DNA of 64,000 bases from Candidatus Komeilibacteria bacterium CG11_big_fil_rev_8_21_14_0_20_36_20 (GTDB lineage: Bacteria; Patescibacteriota; Patescibacteriia; UBA1558; GWA2-36-10): positions 76,458 through 140,457 of the forward strand of contig PCWQ01000012.1 of the NCBI GenBank assembly GCA_002787405.1. Reading direction: 5' to 3'. The notes under the pieces are model-generated. The model saw only the letters and a program-made list of their open reading frames with translations, made no database searches and was not told the origin of the DNA. Every line of letters begins with the position of its first letter. Position 1 is the stretch's first letter. Positions 28,099-38,200 of the stretch are shown here, one piece after another. The position numbers and the translations under genes are program-made.

Positions 28099-29199
28099 AT
28101 GAAAATTATTTGTACCCAGGAAAATTTAAATAAAGGACTAAACCTGGTTTCAAACATAGCTAATAAAAACAGTAACCTACTGATTTTAAATAATGTTTTA
28201 TTAAGGGCTGATAAAGATGGTTTAATTTTAATAACCACTGACCTAGAGGTGGGTATTAAAGCTTTTGTGAGAAGTAAAATTGAGGATCCCGGCGCTTTTA
28301 CAGTCGACGCCAAACTACTAAACAATTTTATTGGTTTACTACCCAAAGAAAATATTGAACTTTTTCTCCAAGACAACGATTTATCTATTAAAAATAAAAA
28401 CCAACAAACAACCATTAAAGGCCTAGAAGCTGAAGATTTTCCACTTATTCCAGAAATAGAAAAAGAGAACGAACTAATTATTTCTTCTTCTGATTTAAAA
28501 AAAAGTTTAGGCCAAGTTATCACTGCAGCGTCAACAGATAGTTCACGTATAGAAATAAACGCAGTTAATTTTTGTTTTAAAAAAGATCAATTAATTTTAG
28601 CAGCCACAGATAGTTATCGACTAGCGGAAAAAATAATTAAAATAACCAACGGGCAAGAAGCTAATCTAATTATTCCTTTAAAAACATTGCAAGAATTATT
28701 AAAAATTTTAAATGAAGAAGAAGAACAAAAAGTAAAAGTATATTTTAAGGAGAATCAAATTTTATTTACTTTTAATAGCGTGGAGCTTGTTTCGCGGGTT
28801 ATCGACGGTAAATATCCTGATTATAGTCAAATAATTCCGGAATCTTTTGCCACTAGTGCCAAATGTGACTTGAATAAACTAGTGCCAGCTATTAAGGCGG
28901 TGGCCTTGTTTTGTAAACAAGGGATCAATGACATTCGTTTAAGTTTTGATGAGCATACCCAAGAAATAATTGTAGCCACCGCTTCATCTAACACTGGTAA
29001 AAGTGTGGCTCGAGTGTCGGCTAAAGTAGACGGCAACAATAACGAGGTTGTTTTTAACTACCGTTATTTATTAGATGGTCTTAATCATATCAAAACTAGT
29101 GATGTTATACTCCAAATTAACAACAATTCTTCACCCGGCCTATTAAAACCAACGGATAGTCAAAACTACATTTATCTAGTGATGCCTATTAGGCAATAA
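28099..29199 (+). CDS. dnaN: DNA polymerase III beta sliding clamp
   Basis: 366 aa with a three-domain pattern. The N-terminus MKIICTQENLNKGLNLVSNIA is typical. Confidence 0.92.
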   Translation: MKIICTQENLNKGLNLVSNIANKNSNLLILNNVLLRADKDGLILITTDLEVGIKAFVRSKIEDPGAFTVDAKLLNNFIGLLPKENIELFLQDNDLSIKNKNQQTTIKGLEAEDFPLIPEIEKENELIISSSDLKKSLGQVITAASTDSSRIEINAVNFCFKKDQLILAATDSYRLAEKIIKITNGQEANLIIPLKTLQELLKILNEEEEQKVKVYFKENQILFTFNSVELVSRVIDGKYPDYSQIIPESFATSAKCDLNKLVPAIKAVALFCKQGINDIRLSFDEHTQEIIVATASSNTGKSVARVSAKVDGNNNEVVFNYRYLLDGLNHIKTSDVILQINNNSSPGLLKPTDSQNYIYLVMPIRQ

Positions 29200-29327
29200 T
29201 TTGAAAAAGCTTTAGAAGGTTGACAAAAACATAAAAATATGTTTATATTGTAAATAAGTATAAAGAACTTTTAAATAAAAAAGACAAACTAAACAAGTAT
29301 ATAAACAGTCCGTAAAAGGAGATTATT

Positions 29328-30143
29328 ATGAAAAAGATGGTATTGTTTTTAGTAATGTTTTGTTTTATGTTAGTGGCTGGAACCGCTAAAGCGGATCCCT
29401 TGGATTCCTTGTGGTATGATGGTTGTCCGGCTTTAGTTTTGAGTGAATATGACTCAATAGGAACCATGTTTGCTGTTGGGTTTAATACAGTTGATCCGTG
29501 TTCTCTACGTGCAATTAGTTTTTTTTCTTATGGCGTTAATGATACTTTGGGGGTTGAGATAGAAATTGTTATTTGGACAAATAGCAATGGCTATCCGGGA
29601 GAGGAGCTTTGTAGAGTTCACTATCTGGTAATGGACACCACCCACTACAGTTGGGTAACAGTTAATATACCAAACTTAAGAGTAGAGGAAAGCTTTTTTA
29701 CTGGTTTTTATTTACCCGTCGGGGCACCGCCATTTGCCACTACAGATGAATTAATTGGCGGAGGATATAGTATGGTCTGGCCCGATTCTCTTAGGGGGTG
29801 GGAATTCTTAGAAAATAATTTAAATATTCGCGCCTATGTTGAATATTTATCTACCGAAGTGAGAGATGAAGAGGGTCAACCCAACATCTATAAATTAGGT
29901 AATTACCCCAACCCCTTTAACACTCAGACTAAGATTATATTTAGTTTATCAAAAACAGAAGAAGTTGATTTGACTATTTATAATATACTCGGTCAAAAGG
30001 CAGCTACATTATTTACGGGTCAAAAGTCCGCAGGTAAGCACATTGTTTCTTGGGATGCTGATGAATTTTCTTCGGGGGTTTATTTTTCCAAACTAGTGGT
30101 AGGTCAAGAGGTTACCATTAATAAAATGACTTTGCTAAAATAA
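29328..30143 (+). CDS. Secreted protein with a type IX secretion system (Por) C-terminal sorting domain
   Basis: A signal peptide is present. The C-terminal ~80 aa, NYPNPFNTQTKIIFSLSKTEEVDLTIYNILGQKAATLFTG...SGVYFSKLVVG, matches the T9SS CTD consensus. Local GC is higher than the surroundings. Confidence 0.7.
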   Translation: MKKMVLFLVMFCFMLVAGTAKADPLDSLWYDGCPALVLSEYDSIGTMFAVGFNTVDPCSLRAISFFSYGVNDTLGVEIEIVIWTNSNGYPGEELCRVHYLVMDTTHYSWVTVNIPNLRVEESFFTGFYLPVGAPPFATTDELIGGGYSMVWPDSLRGWEFLENNLNIRAYVEYLSTEVRDEEGQPNIYKLGNYPNPFNTQTKIIFSLSKTEEVDLTIYNILGQKAATLFTGQKSAGKHIVSWDADEFSSGVYFSKLVVGQEVTINKMTLLK

Positions 30144-30169
30144 CAAAGTCAACTTAATAGAAATTAACA

Positions 30170-30200
30170 AGGGATCGGAATAATTTCCGATCCTTTTATT
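30170..30200. terminator. Bidirectional intrinsic terminator
   Basis: GGATCGGAAtaatTTCCGATCC is followed by TTTTATTTTTTTT. Confidence 0.5.
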
Positions 30201-30432
30201 TTTTTTCAATTTTAATGATGCTGACCGGGCACTCTTCTTCTGCTTTTAGATTGTCAGCTAAATTTTTTTCATCAATTTCCCCAACCTCTACCCCAGCTAC
30301 CTCTTTAGCGCCCTTTAGGGTGGCTAGGTTGGTTTTTTCATCTATACTCCATGATTCTGGGCAAAGCTCAACACAGAGACCGCAGCCAATACAGTCTTTT
30401 TTTTGGTGAGTAATTTTATATTTTTTTGACAT
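30196..30432 (-). CDS. 4Fe-4S ferredoxin
   Basis: CIGCGLCVELCP plus a second C...CP. Length is 78 aa. Confidence 0.8.
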   Translation of the reverse strand: MSKKYKITHQKKDCIGCGLCVELCPESWSIDEKTNLATLKGAKEVAGVEVGEIDEKNLADNLKAEEECPVSIIKIEKK

Positions 30433-30573
30433 TTATTTGAAAATTATTTTTTAGATTAAGCTCCATAATTAAACTACAAAATTATTTTTTTGTCTACCAA
30501 ACTGAAAAACCAACTATTTTCTATTTTGAGAATTTAGTTGGTTTTTAAAACCCACGCTATTGTATGGATTTTT

Positions 30574-30720
30574 ATTTACGAAAGAAGACACCTCCAACTA
30601 GTATTAATATTATTCCTGTGACAACTAATGATTCTACCGTGAGAACAACATTAAAATATATTAGTGCGCCCACAATAAACGAACACACTGCAGATGTCCA
30701 GAAAGTAAGAGATAACATAA
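30574..30720 (-). CDS. Small two-TM hydrophobic peptide (48 aa)
   Basis: MLSLTFWTSAVCSFIVGALIYFNVVLTVESLVVTGIILILVGGVFFRK. An SD AGGGAGAG lies 4 nt upstream. It is not in the ORF track because it is under 60 aa. Confidence 0.25.
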
Positions 30721-30730
30721 GCTCTCCCTT

Positions 30731-31030
30731 CTAATCAATCTGGCAGTGGCAGCCGTTGCCGCAACCGCATATTTGATCTGTATAAACCAGTGTTCCAAAG
30801 GTGCGGTCTTTTTCGCCTATTTTTTGGGCGTTAAAGAAAACAATTGACATTTGGTGAACAGCGAGGAAATTATTTACCCCAACCACCAATTCATCTGAGT
30901 TAACCGTCTCAAATAAGGTGACTTGTGAGGTGCCAGCAAAGAATTTTTGTTTATAGACCAATAAAGCCTTAAAACCTTTTTTCTCAATGGTTACCTCTAC
31001 AGAAAGGGCTTCTTTGTTTTTTTCGCGCAA
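30731..31030 (-). CDS. Hypothetical protein with a C-terminal Cys/His cluster
   Basis: It ends in ICGCGNGCHCQID. The track start is TTG. An upstream 23-codon ORF in another frame (MSKGNRDGIQFFNAA..., ending near a T8 run at about 31050-31060) suggests a frameshift or homopolymer error. Confidence 0.35.
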   Translation of the reverse strand: MREKNKEALSVEVTIEKKGFKALLVYKQKFFAGTSQVTLFETVNSDELVVGVNNFLAVHQMSIVFFNAQKIGEKDRTFGTLVYTDQICGCGNGCHCQID

Positions 31031-31242
31031 AAAGCCGTTTATTTTTTTTGCAATTCTTCTTTGGTGGCGGCGTTAAAAAATTGAATGCCATCCCTATTTC
31101 CTTTAGACATAATATCTCTCCCTATTAAAAAGGTTGTGTTAATTTACAAAATGAATAAATAATATTAACACTAAATCATTTTTTTGTCAATAACAGATCT
31201 TTAGTTGTTTCCATTGAACTTGTTGTAAAATTCTGTTAAGAT

Positions 31243-31824
31243 TTGATTATGATAGCTTATCTTAAGGGTCAGATTTTAGAAAAAACCAGCAAGTCGGTCA
31301 TTATTCTACTTAATAATATTGGCTATGAGGTTTTTTTAAGTTCAGAATATTTATATAAACTTAAAAAAGGACAAGAAGTAGAATTTTTTATTTATTCTAA
31401 CATCAAAGAGGACGCCTTTGATTTGTATGGCTTTCAGAATTTAGAAGAACTAGATTTTTTTAAAAAACTAATTTCTGTCTCCGGCGTAGGTCCAAGAAGC
31501 GCTATTAATATTTTATCCCTAGCTTCGGTAAATGATTTGAAAAAAGCTATCAGCAGTGAAGACTCCAGTTTATTACAACAGGTTTCAGGTATTGGTAAAA
31601 AAACAGCGGAAAGGTTAGTGGTAGAGCTAAAAGAAAAATTTATTGTTGATTTAAGTGATAAAAAAGCAGTTGGCGGAGGTAACGCGCAAGTGATGGAGGC
31701 TTTAATTTCCTTAGGGTATAAAGACAACGAGATTAGAGCAATCATCAGAGACATTCCGGCGGAAGAAAAAGATTTATCAGGTAAGATTAAAAAAGCCCTG
31801 CAGCTTTTAAATAAACAAAAATGA
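31243..31824 (+). CDS. ruvA: Holliday junction DNA helicase subunit RuvA
   Basis: An OB domain is followed by two HhH motifs, LISVSGVGPRSAINIL and LQQVSGIGKKTAERLVVELK. A C-terminal domain III is present. Confidence 0.88.
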   Translation: MIMIAYLKGQILEKTSKSVIILLNNIGYEVFLSSEYLYKLKKGQEVEFFIYSNIKEDAFDLYGFQNLEELDFFKKLISVSGVGPRSAINILSLASVNDLKKAISSEDSSLLQQVSGIGKKTAERLVVELKEKFIVDLSDKKAVGGGNAQVMEALISLGYKDNEIRAIIRDIPAEEKDLSGKIKKALQLLNKQK

Positions 31825-32831
31825 ACTTAGTTGTAGATAATTTAAATTATGATGATTTTTTAAAGATTGGTTTTACTTCAGGAAATTTCCTACAGAGCAC
31901 TATTTGGAAAGATTTTTTAAAAGCCCAAAAAATTTTTTTTTGGCAATTAATTGTTAAAGAGAATTCAGAAACCTTGGCGGTTTGTTTAGTTTATGAAAAT
32001 AAATTGTTTTTTTCAAGAAGTTATCTTTATTCTCCTAAAGGGCCGATTTTTTCTAAAGAGTTAAATGATGAGCAAAAGAAAGAGGCGATTTTTTTAATTT
32101 TATCTAAAATGCGGGACGTAACAATTGCCACTAAGAAATACGAGGAAATTTTTTATAAACTAGAGCCAGCTGATTATGATGCTTTACTACCGGAATTTAT
32201 CAAAGCCAGTGACGTGCAACCTCGGGACAGTTTAATCTTGGATTTAACCAAAAACCATCAACAGTTGTTAGGAGAAATGCATGCCAAGACCCGATACAAT
32301 ATTGGTCTGGCCCAAAGAAAAGGGGTGAGAATTAAATTTAGCCACCAAGAAGAAGACATTAAGTATTTTTTGAAGTTAATTAAAAAGACCGCTAAAAAAA
32401 ATCAAATCACCGTCCATTCGGATGATTATTACAAATTACTTTACCAAACATTACTTAAACACCAAGCGGGGCAGCTTTGTTTGGCTTATGTTGACAATAA
32501 AATAGTGGTTGTTAATTTAATTCTTCGTTTCGGATCAGCGGCGACTTATTTACACGGCGCAGCAGATTATAAATTTCGAGCTCATATGGCTCCACAACTA
32601 CTCCAGTGGGAAACAATCAAGCAATCTAAAGAACTTGGCTATAAGATTTATGATTTTTGGGGCATTACTCCCGATGACAATTCGAAACCTGGTTGGGAAG
32701 GGTTTACTCGTTTTAAAAAGGGTTTTGGCGGCCAGATCATCAAGGCGCCGGGCACCCATAATTTTGTTTACCATCCAGCCATGTATAAATTTTATTTATT
32801 AGCTAACAAAGTAAGAAATATTTTAAAATAA
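31821..32831 (+). CDS. FemAB-family peptidoglycan interpeptide-bridge aminoacyltransferase
   Basis: Conserved FemAB C-terminal pattern YLHGAADYKFRAHMAPQLLQWETIK...YDFWGI. Length is about 336 aa. Confidence 0.7.
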   Translation: MNLVVDNLNYDDFLKIGFTSGNFLQSTIWKDFLKAQKIFFWQLIVKENSETLAVCLVYENKLFFSRSYLYSPKGPIFSKELNDEQKKEAIFLILSKMRDVTIATKKYEEIFYKLEPADYDALLPEFIKASDVQPRDSLILDLTKNHQQLLGEMHAKTRYNIGLAQRKGVRIKFSHQEEDIKYFLKLIKKTAKKNQITVHSDDYYKLLYQTLLKHQAGQLCLAYVDNKIVVVNLILRFGSAATYLHGAADYKFRAHMAPQLLQWETIKQSKELGYKIYDFWGITPDDNSKPGWEGFTRFKKGFGGQIIKAPGTHNFVYHPAMYKFYLLANKVRNILK

Positions 32832-32834
32832 ATT

Positions 32835-33563
32835 ATGTTGAAAAAAGCACTAGTTTCAGCCGCCGGCAAAGGAACCCGCATGCTGCATTTATCCAAAGAC
32901 AAGCCAAAACATTTAATTGAAGTCAATGGCCGACCATTTCTTTATTACGTGCTTAGTAATTTAAAACAAGCCGGATTTGAGGAAATTATTATGATTGTTG
33001 GTTATAAAAAAGAAGTAATGGCTAAATTTTTTAAGGATTTTGGCAAAGAGTTTAACCTAAGTTTAATTAATCAATTCGAACTTTTAGGAGAAGATAAATA
33101 CGGCACAGCTTGTCCTTTGGAGTGCGTTAAAAATATTTTAGGGCAAGAAAGTTTTTTATCAATTTACGGAGACAACCTCTATTCAGTGGAAGATTTAAAA
33201 GTTTTTAATATTGATGACCAGTATTCTTATGTTGCCGGTTTCTATCACGAGCAGCCGCAGAATTACGGCGTTTTGCAAGTTGGTCATAATGGTTTTTTAA
33301 AAAAAATCGTGGAAAAGCCAAAGGAATTTATTGGTAATCTTATCAACACTGGTTTATATAAATTTACAGCGGAAATTTTCCAATATTTAGACCAGATTAA
33401 CATTTCGCCACGTGGAGAGTATGAACTAGTTGATATGATTAATCTTTTAGCTCAACAAAAGAAAGTAAAAGTCCGAGAGTTAAAAGGTGCTTGGCTTGAT
33501 TTTGGCAAACCAGAAGACATAAAAAAAGTAGAGGAGTATTTAGATGATAAAAAAAGTAATTAA
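32835..33563 (+). CDS. Sugar-phosphate nucleotidyltransferase (NTP_transferase family)
   Basis: An N-terminal nucleotide-binding motif, ALVSAAGKGTRM...KPKHL, is typical of sugar-1-P nucleotidyltransferases. Confidence 0.7.
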   Translation: MLKKALVSAAGKGTRMLHLSKDKPKHLIEVNGRPFLYYVLSNLKQAGFEEIIMIVGYKKEVMAKFFKDFGKEFNLSLINQFELLGEDKYGTACPLECVKNILGQESFLSIYGDNLYSVEDLKVFNIDDQYSYVAGFYHEQPQNYGVLQVGHNGFLKKIVEKPKEFIGNLINTGLYKFTAEIFQYLDQINISPRGEYELVDMINLLAQQKKVKVRELKGAWLDFGKPEDIKKVEEYLDDKKSN

Positions 33564-34848
33564 AAAAATATTACCTAAGAAAGCCCTACTTTTTTACCAT
33601 TGGTTTTTATCAAAAGTAGCTGTTTTTTATTATGCCAACCCTAGTCAGCAGCTAATTGTTGTTGGGGTAACAGGTACAAATGGCAAAACCACCACCGTTA
33701 ATTTTATCGCCCAATTTTTAGAAGGGTTTGATCAAAAAGTTGGTTTGGCTTCCACAGTCAATTTTAAGGTTGCTGAAAAAGAATGGCTTAATAACAAAAA
33801 AATGACTATGCTTGGTCGCTTCCAAACCCAAAAATTACTAAAGCAAATGGTGCAAGCAGGATGTCAATACGCCGTGATAGAAACATCTTCCCAGGGTATT
33901 GAGCAATTTCGTCACCAAGGCATTAATTATGACTTGGTGGTTTTTACTAATTTAACACCAGAGCATATTGAAGCGCACGGTAGCTTTGAAAATTATCGAG
34001 CCGCTAAAGAAAAACTATTTCAGCATTTAAGCCAGAGCCGTAAAAAGATTATTGGTGGCAAAAAAATAAGGAAAATAATTATCGCCAATAGTGATGATGA
34101 AGAAACAGAGCGACTAAGAAAATATCAAATTGATAAATTTATCACTTATGGTTTTAATCAACCAGCTGATTATTATGGCGCCAATTTATCTAGAGCAGAA
34201 GCCACTAGTTTAATTTCATTTAAGATAAACCAGCATTCTGTAAAGGCAAACCTAATTGGTAAATTTAGCGCTTATAATTTATTAGCGTCTTTAACTACTA
34301 TTAAAGCTCTGGGTTTTCCTCTAAACCAAGCCACTCAAATTAAGATTAAAAGTGTGCCGGGTCGACAGGAATTAATTGATCAGGGGCAGAATTTTAAAAT
34401 TATGATTGATTATGCGCCCGAACCAGTTAGTTTGAGCCAGCTTTATAAAGCTCTTAAATTAGTACCTAAAAATAAAATAATTCATGTCCTTGGTTCATGT
34501 GGTGGCGGTCGTGATCAGGCACGCCAACCAAATTTAGGGCAGCTGTCTGGTCAACAAGCTGATTTTGTTATTGTCACCAATGAAGACCCTTATGATGATG
34601 ATCCTTGGCAGATAATAGAAAACGTAGCTCAAGGAGTGCAGGCAGCTGGCAAAATAAAAGGTAAAGACTTATTTACAATTTTAGATAGAAAAGAGGCCAT
34701 TAAAAAGGCCCTAGAGTTAGCCAGTAAAGATGATTTAGTTTTGATTACTGGCAAAGGTGCTGAACAATTTATTTGTGTAGCCAATGATCAGAAAATTCCC
34801 TGGGATGATCGGGAAGTAGTAAGGAAATTATTAAGAAACACACACTAA
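33544..34848 (+). CDS. Mur ligase family protein (MurE-like)
   Basis: An ATP-binding P-loop VGVTGTNGKTTT is present. FTNLTPEHIEAHGSFENYRAAKEKLF matches the Mur ligase middle-domain motif. Confidence 0.7.
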   Translation: MIKKVIKKILPKKALLFYHWFLSKVAVFYYANPSQQLIVVGVTGTNGKTTTVNFIAQFLEGFDQKVGLASTVNFKVAEKEWLNNKKMTMLGRFQTQKLLKQMVQAGCQYAVIETSSQGIEQFRHQGINYDLVVFTNLTPEHIEAHGSFENYRAAKEKLFQHLSQSRKKIIGGKKIRKIIIANSDDEETERLRKYQIDKFITYGFNQPADYYGANLSRAEATSLISFKINQHSVKANLIGKFSAYNLLASLTTIKALGFPLNQATQIKIKSVPGRQELIDQGQNFKIMIDYAPEPVSLSQLYKALKLVPKNKIIHVLGSCGGGRDQARQPNLGQLSGQQADFVIVTNEDPYDDDPWQIIENVAQGVQAAGKIKGKDLFTILDRKEAIKKALELASKDDLVLITGKGAEQFICVANDQKIPWDDREVVRKLLRNTH

Positions 34849-35288
34849 AATAAGTTGTTTTAGTATTAAATCCACTTACACTGTTAGTCGCTTAGTGATT
34901 ATAGGGTGTGGATAACTTGTGGCCAAAACAGCTAATTTGTGTATATTTTAGCTGAAATAAGACAAAAGTGGTTAAAGTTTGACATTTTTTGAAAAGTGTA
35001 TCTTTAATAATTTAGCTAATATTAGCTGTAAGTACGATTTTTTTGAGATTTTTAAGTATTTAATTTTAAAATCCTTGACAGAGCTTTAAAATTTTGGTAG
35101 CATATAGCTATGAAATTTTTCTGGGCTAACCTATTTTAGTCTAAAATAAATTAAATAACTGACCCTAAAAATAGCGGGTGAGTTTATTTTTTATGCGTTG
35201 TTTTTTAGCATACTCAATTTACTTACTAAAATAAAATTTTTCCAGCCCCCTCAAAGGCTAATTTTAATAATATAATTAGCAAAATTTT

Positions 35289-38200
35289 ATGCCCCAAACA
35301 AAGATTTTAGGAGCTCGCAAATATTTTACTACTTTGCGGGAGGCCATTCCTTTAACCAATTTGATCGAAGTGCAAAAAAAGTCTTATGATTGGTTTTTTG
35401 CCGAAGGATTAAAGGAGTTGTTTGAAGAAATTTCTCCGATTACTGACTTCATTGGTCGAGATCTGGAGCTTCATTTTTTGAATTATTATTTGGACGAGCC
35501 GAAATTTGATGAAGTAACTGCAAAAAGTAAAAATATCAGCTACGAGTCTCCAATTAGAGTTAATGTTCGCTTGATTAATAAAAAAACCAACGAGGTTAAG
35601 GAACAGGAAGTTTATTTGGGTGATTTTCCCCTCATGACCGAGAGGGGTACTTTTATTATTAATGGAGTAGAAAGAGTCGTTGTTTCACAGTTAATTCGTA
35701 GCGCTGGCGTCTTTTTTACTTCAGAGATGATTAAGGGACGGAAACATTACGGAGCTAAAATTATTCCTAATCGCGGTGCTTGGCTGGAAATAGAGACCGA
35801 AGCTAGTAATGTCATTTATGTTAAAATTGATCGCAAAAGAAAAGTACCAATTACAGCTTTATTTAGAGCTTTTGGCTACGCTACAGACGAAGAAATTATT
35901 TCTCTATTTAAAGATGTAGATAATCATCCGGAAGTGAGTTTTATTAAGAATACTTTAGAGAAAGATGTTTCGCACAATGAACCGGAAGGGCTAAAGGAAG
36001 TTTATCGTCGTATTAGACCAGGTGATTTAGCCACCACTGAAAACGCCCGTAGCTTGATCCACTCTATGTTTTTTCATTTTGATCGCTATGATTTTGGTCG
36101 CGTTGGGCGCTATAAAATTAACGCCCGTTTTGACTTGGATATTCCCAACACTAAAGAGACTAGAGTTTTGCGTCGCGAAGACTTAATTTTAGTTATCCAA
36201 GAAATTATTAAACTTAATTTGTCGCAAGAGGAGCCGGATGATATTGATCATCTTGGCAATCGACGCGTCAGGGCTATTGGCGAACTAGTACAAAATCGAT
36301 TTCGTATTGGTTTAGCTCGTATGGAAAGAATTATCAAAGATCGGATGAGCACCTTGGATGTTAATAGTTTGACACCAAACCAACTTATCAATGCTCGGCC
36401 GGTAGTAGGCGTGACCAAAGAGTTTTTTATGAGCTCCCAACTATCGCAATTCATGGACCAAGTTAATCCTTTAGCTGAACTAGAACACAAGAGACGTTTG
36501 TCAGCTATGGGACCAGGCGGCTTATCGAGGGAGAGAGCCGGCTTTGAAGTGCGAGATGTTCACCGTACTCACTATGGTCGTATTTGTCCAATTGCCACTC
36601 CCGAAGGACCAAATATTGGTCTGGTAGGTCATTTGGCATCCTACGCTAAAGTCAATGATTTTGGATTTATTGAAACGCCTTTTAGAAGAGTCTGGCACGA
36701 TTTAGATAATGAACCAAAGCAGACGACTGGAAAAATTGCCCGAATTAATATTGTTGATCCTAAAACTAAAAATATTATAATTGCAGCTGGTGAAATAATT
36801 AGCCCCACTAAAGCTAAAGAATTAGCTAAAAATAAAGAGATAAAGAAAGTGGCTATTAAACCCATAGTGACCAAGGAAATAGTTTATTTAGATGCCTTTG
36901 AAGAAGAAAGATATAATACAGCCGCAGCCACTACACCGATTGATGAAGATGGTTATTTTGTTAATAATTATGCTGAAATAAGAGTTAAGGGAAATCCTAT
37001 GTATGATAAGGTAGAAAATATTGATTTATTGGATGTAGCCCCTAACCAGATTATTAGTATTGCCACTTCTTTAATTCCTTTTTTAGAGCATGATGATGCA
37101 GTTAGAGCTTTAATGGGTACCAACATGCAACGGCAGGCAGTTTCAGTAATTAGACCAGAGTCGCCGATTGTCGGTACAGGAGTAGAAGCCAAGGCCGCGA
37201 TAGATTCAGGGCAGGTTGTAGTAGCTAAAGAGTCTGGAAAAGTTACTCGTGTTGATAGTCGAAATATTGATATAACCAATAAGGATGGAGTTGTTGCTAC
37301 TTATAATTTAAATAAATTTTCTCGATCTAACACCTCTACCAGCATGAATCAGCATCCAATTGTTAATAAGGGTGATGAGATTAAGAAGGGAGTAGCTATT
37401 GCTGACGGAGCAGCTACTGATCAGGGCGAATTAGCACTAGGACAAAATATGTTAGTGGCCTATATGACCTGGCAAGGTGGCAACTATGAGGATGCTATTT
37501 TGATTTCAGAAAGAGTAGTGAAAGATGATAATTATACTTCTATTAGTATTGAGGATTATTCTATTGATATTCGTGATACGAAATTAGGACCGGAAGTAAT
37601 TACTCGAGATATACCCAACGTCAGTGAGGAAAAATTGAAAGATTTAGATTCTGAAGGCATTGTCCGCATCGGGGCTAATGTTTCTTCAGGAGATATTTTA
37701 GTGGGTAAAATTACACCAAAAGGAGAGACTGAGCTATCAGCGGAAGAAAAATTATTAAGGGCTATTTTTGGTGAAAAAGCTAAAGATGTCAGAGACACTT
37801 CTTTGTATTTAAAACATGGGGAAAGAGGTAAGGTAGTTGATATTAAAATATTTTCCCGAGATAAGGGTGATAAATTACCAGCTGGTGTAATTAATACAGT
37901 CCAAGTGACAGTCGCTCAATTAAGAAAAATTCAAGTGGGCGATAAGATGGCTGGTCGTCATGGGAACAAAGGTGTTATTTCCAGAGTAGTACCAGAAGCT
38001 GATATGCCATTTCTAGCTGACGGCACGCCAGTAGATATTATTTTGAATCCACTAGGCGTGATTTCTCGTATGAATCTCGGGCAGTTATTAGAAACACACC
38101 TTGGTTTAGCCGCTCGCACGCTTGGTTATAAAGTAGCTAGCCCTTCTTTAAATGGAGTCGATGAAGAAGCTATTCGTAAAGAGTTGGCTAAAGCTGGTTG

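Noticed and set aside
28077-28523. A 148-aa minus-strand ORF within dnaN, plus a 70-aa ORF at 28827-29039.
   Set aside because: They are antisense to dnaN. Their hydrophobic, low-complexity translation is typical of AT-rich antisense frames.
36248-37798. Several 77-103-aa minus-strand ORFs inside rpoB (36248-36490, 36641-36874, 36968-37279, 37556-37798). Similar antisense ORFs lie inside rpoC (39527-39730, 40916-41104, 41312-41563, 42254-42457).
   Set aside because: They are antisense to highly conserved rpoB/rpoC coding sequence. They are low-complexity Ser/Leu-rich translations with no SD motifs. These are spurious.
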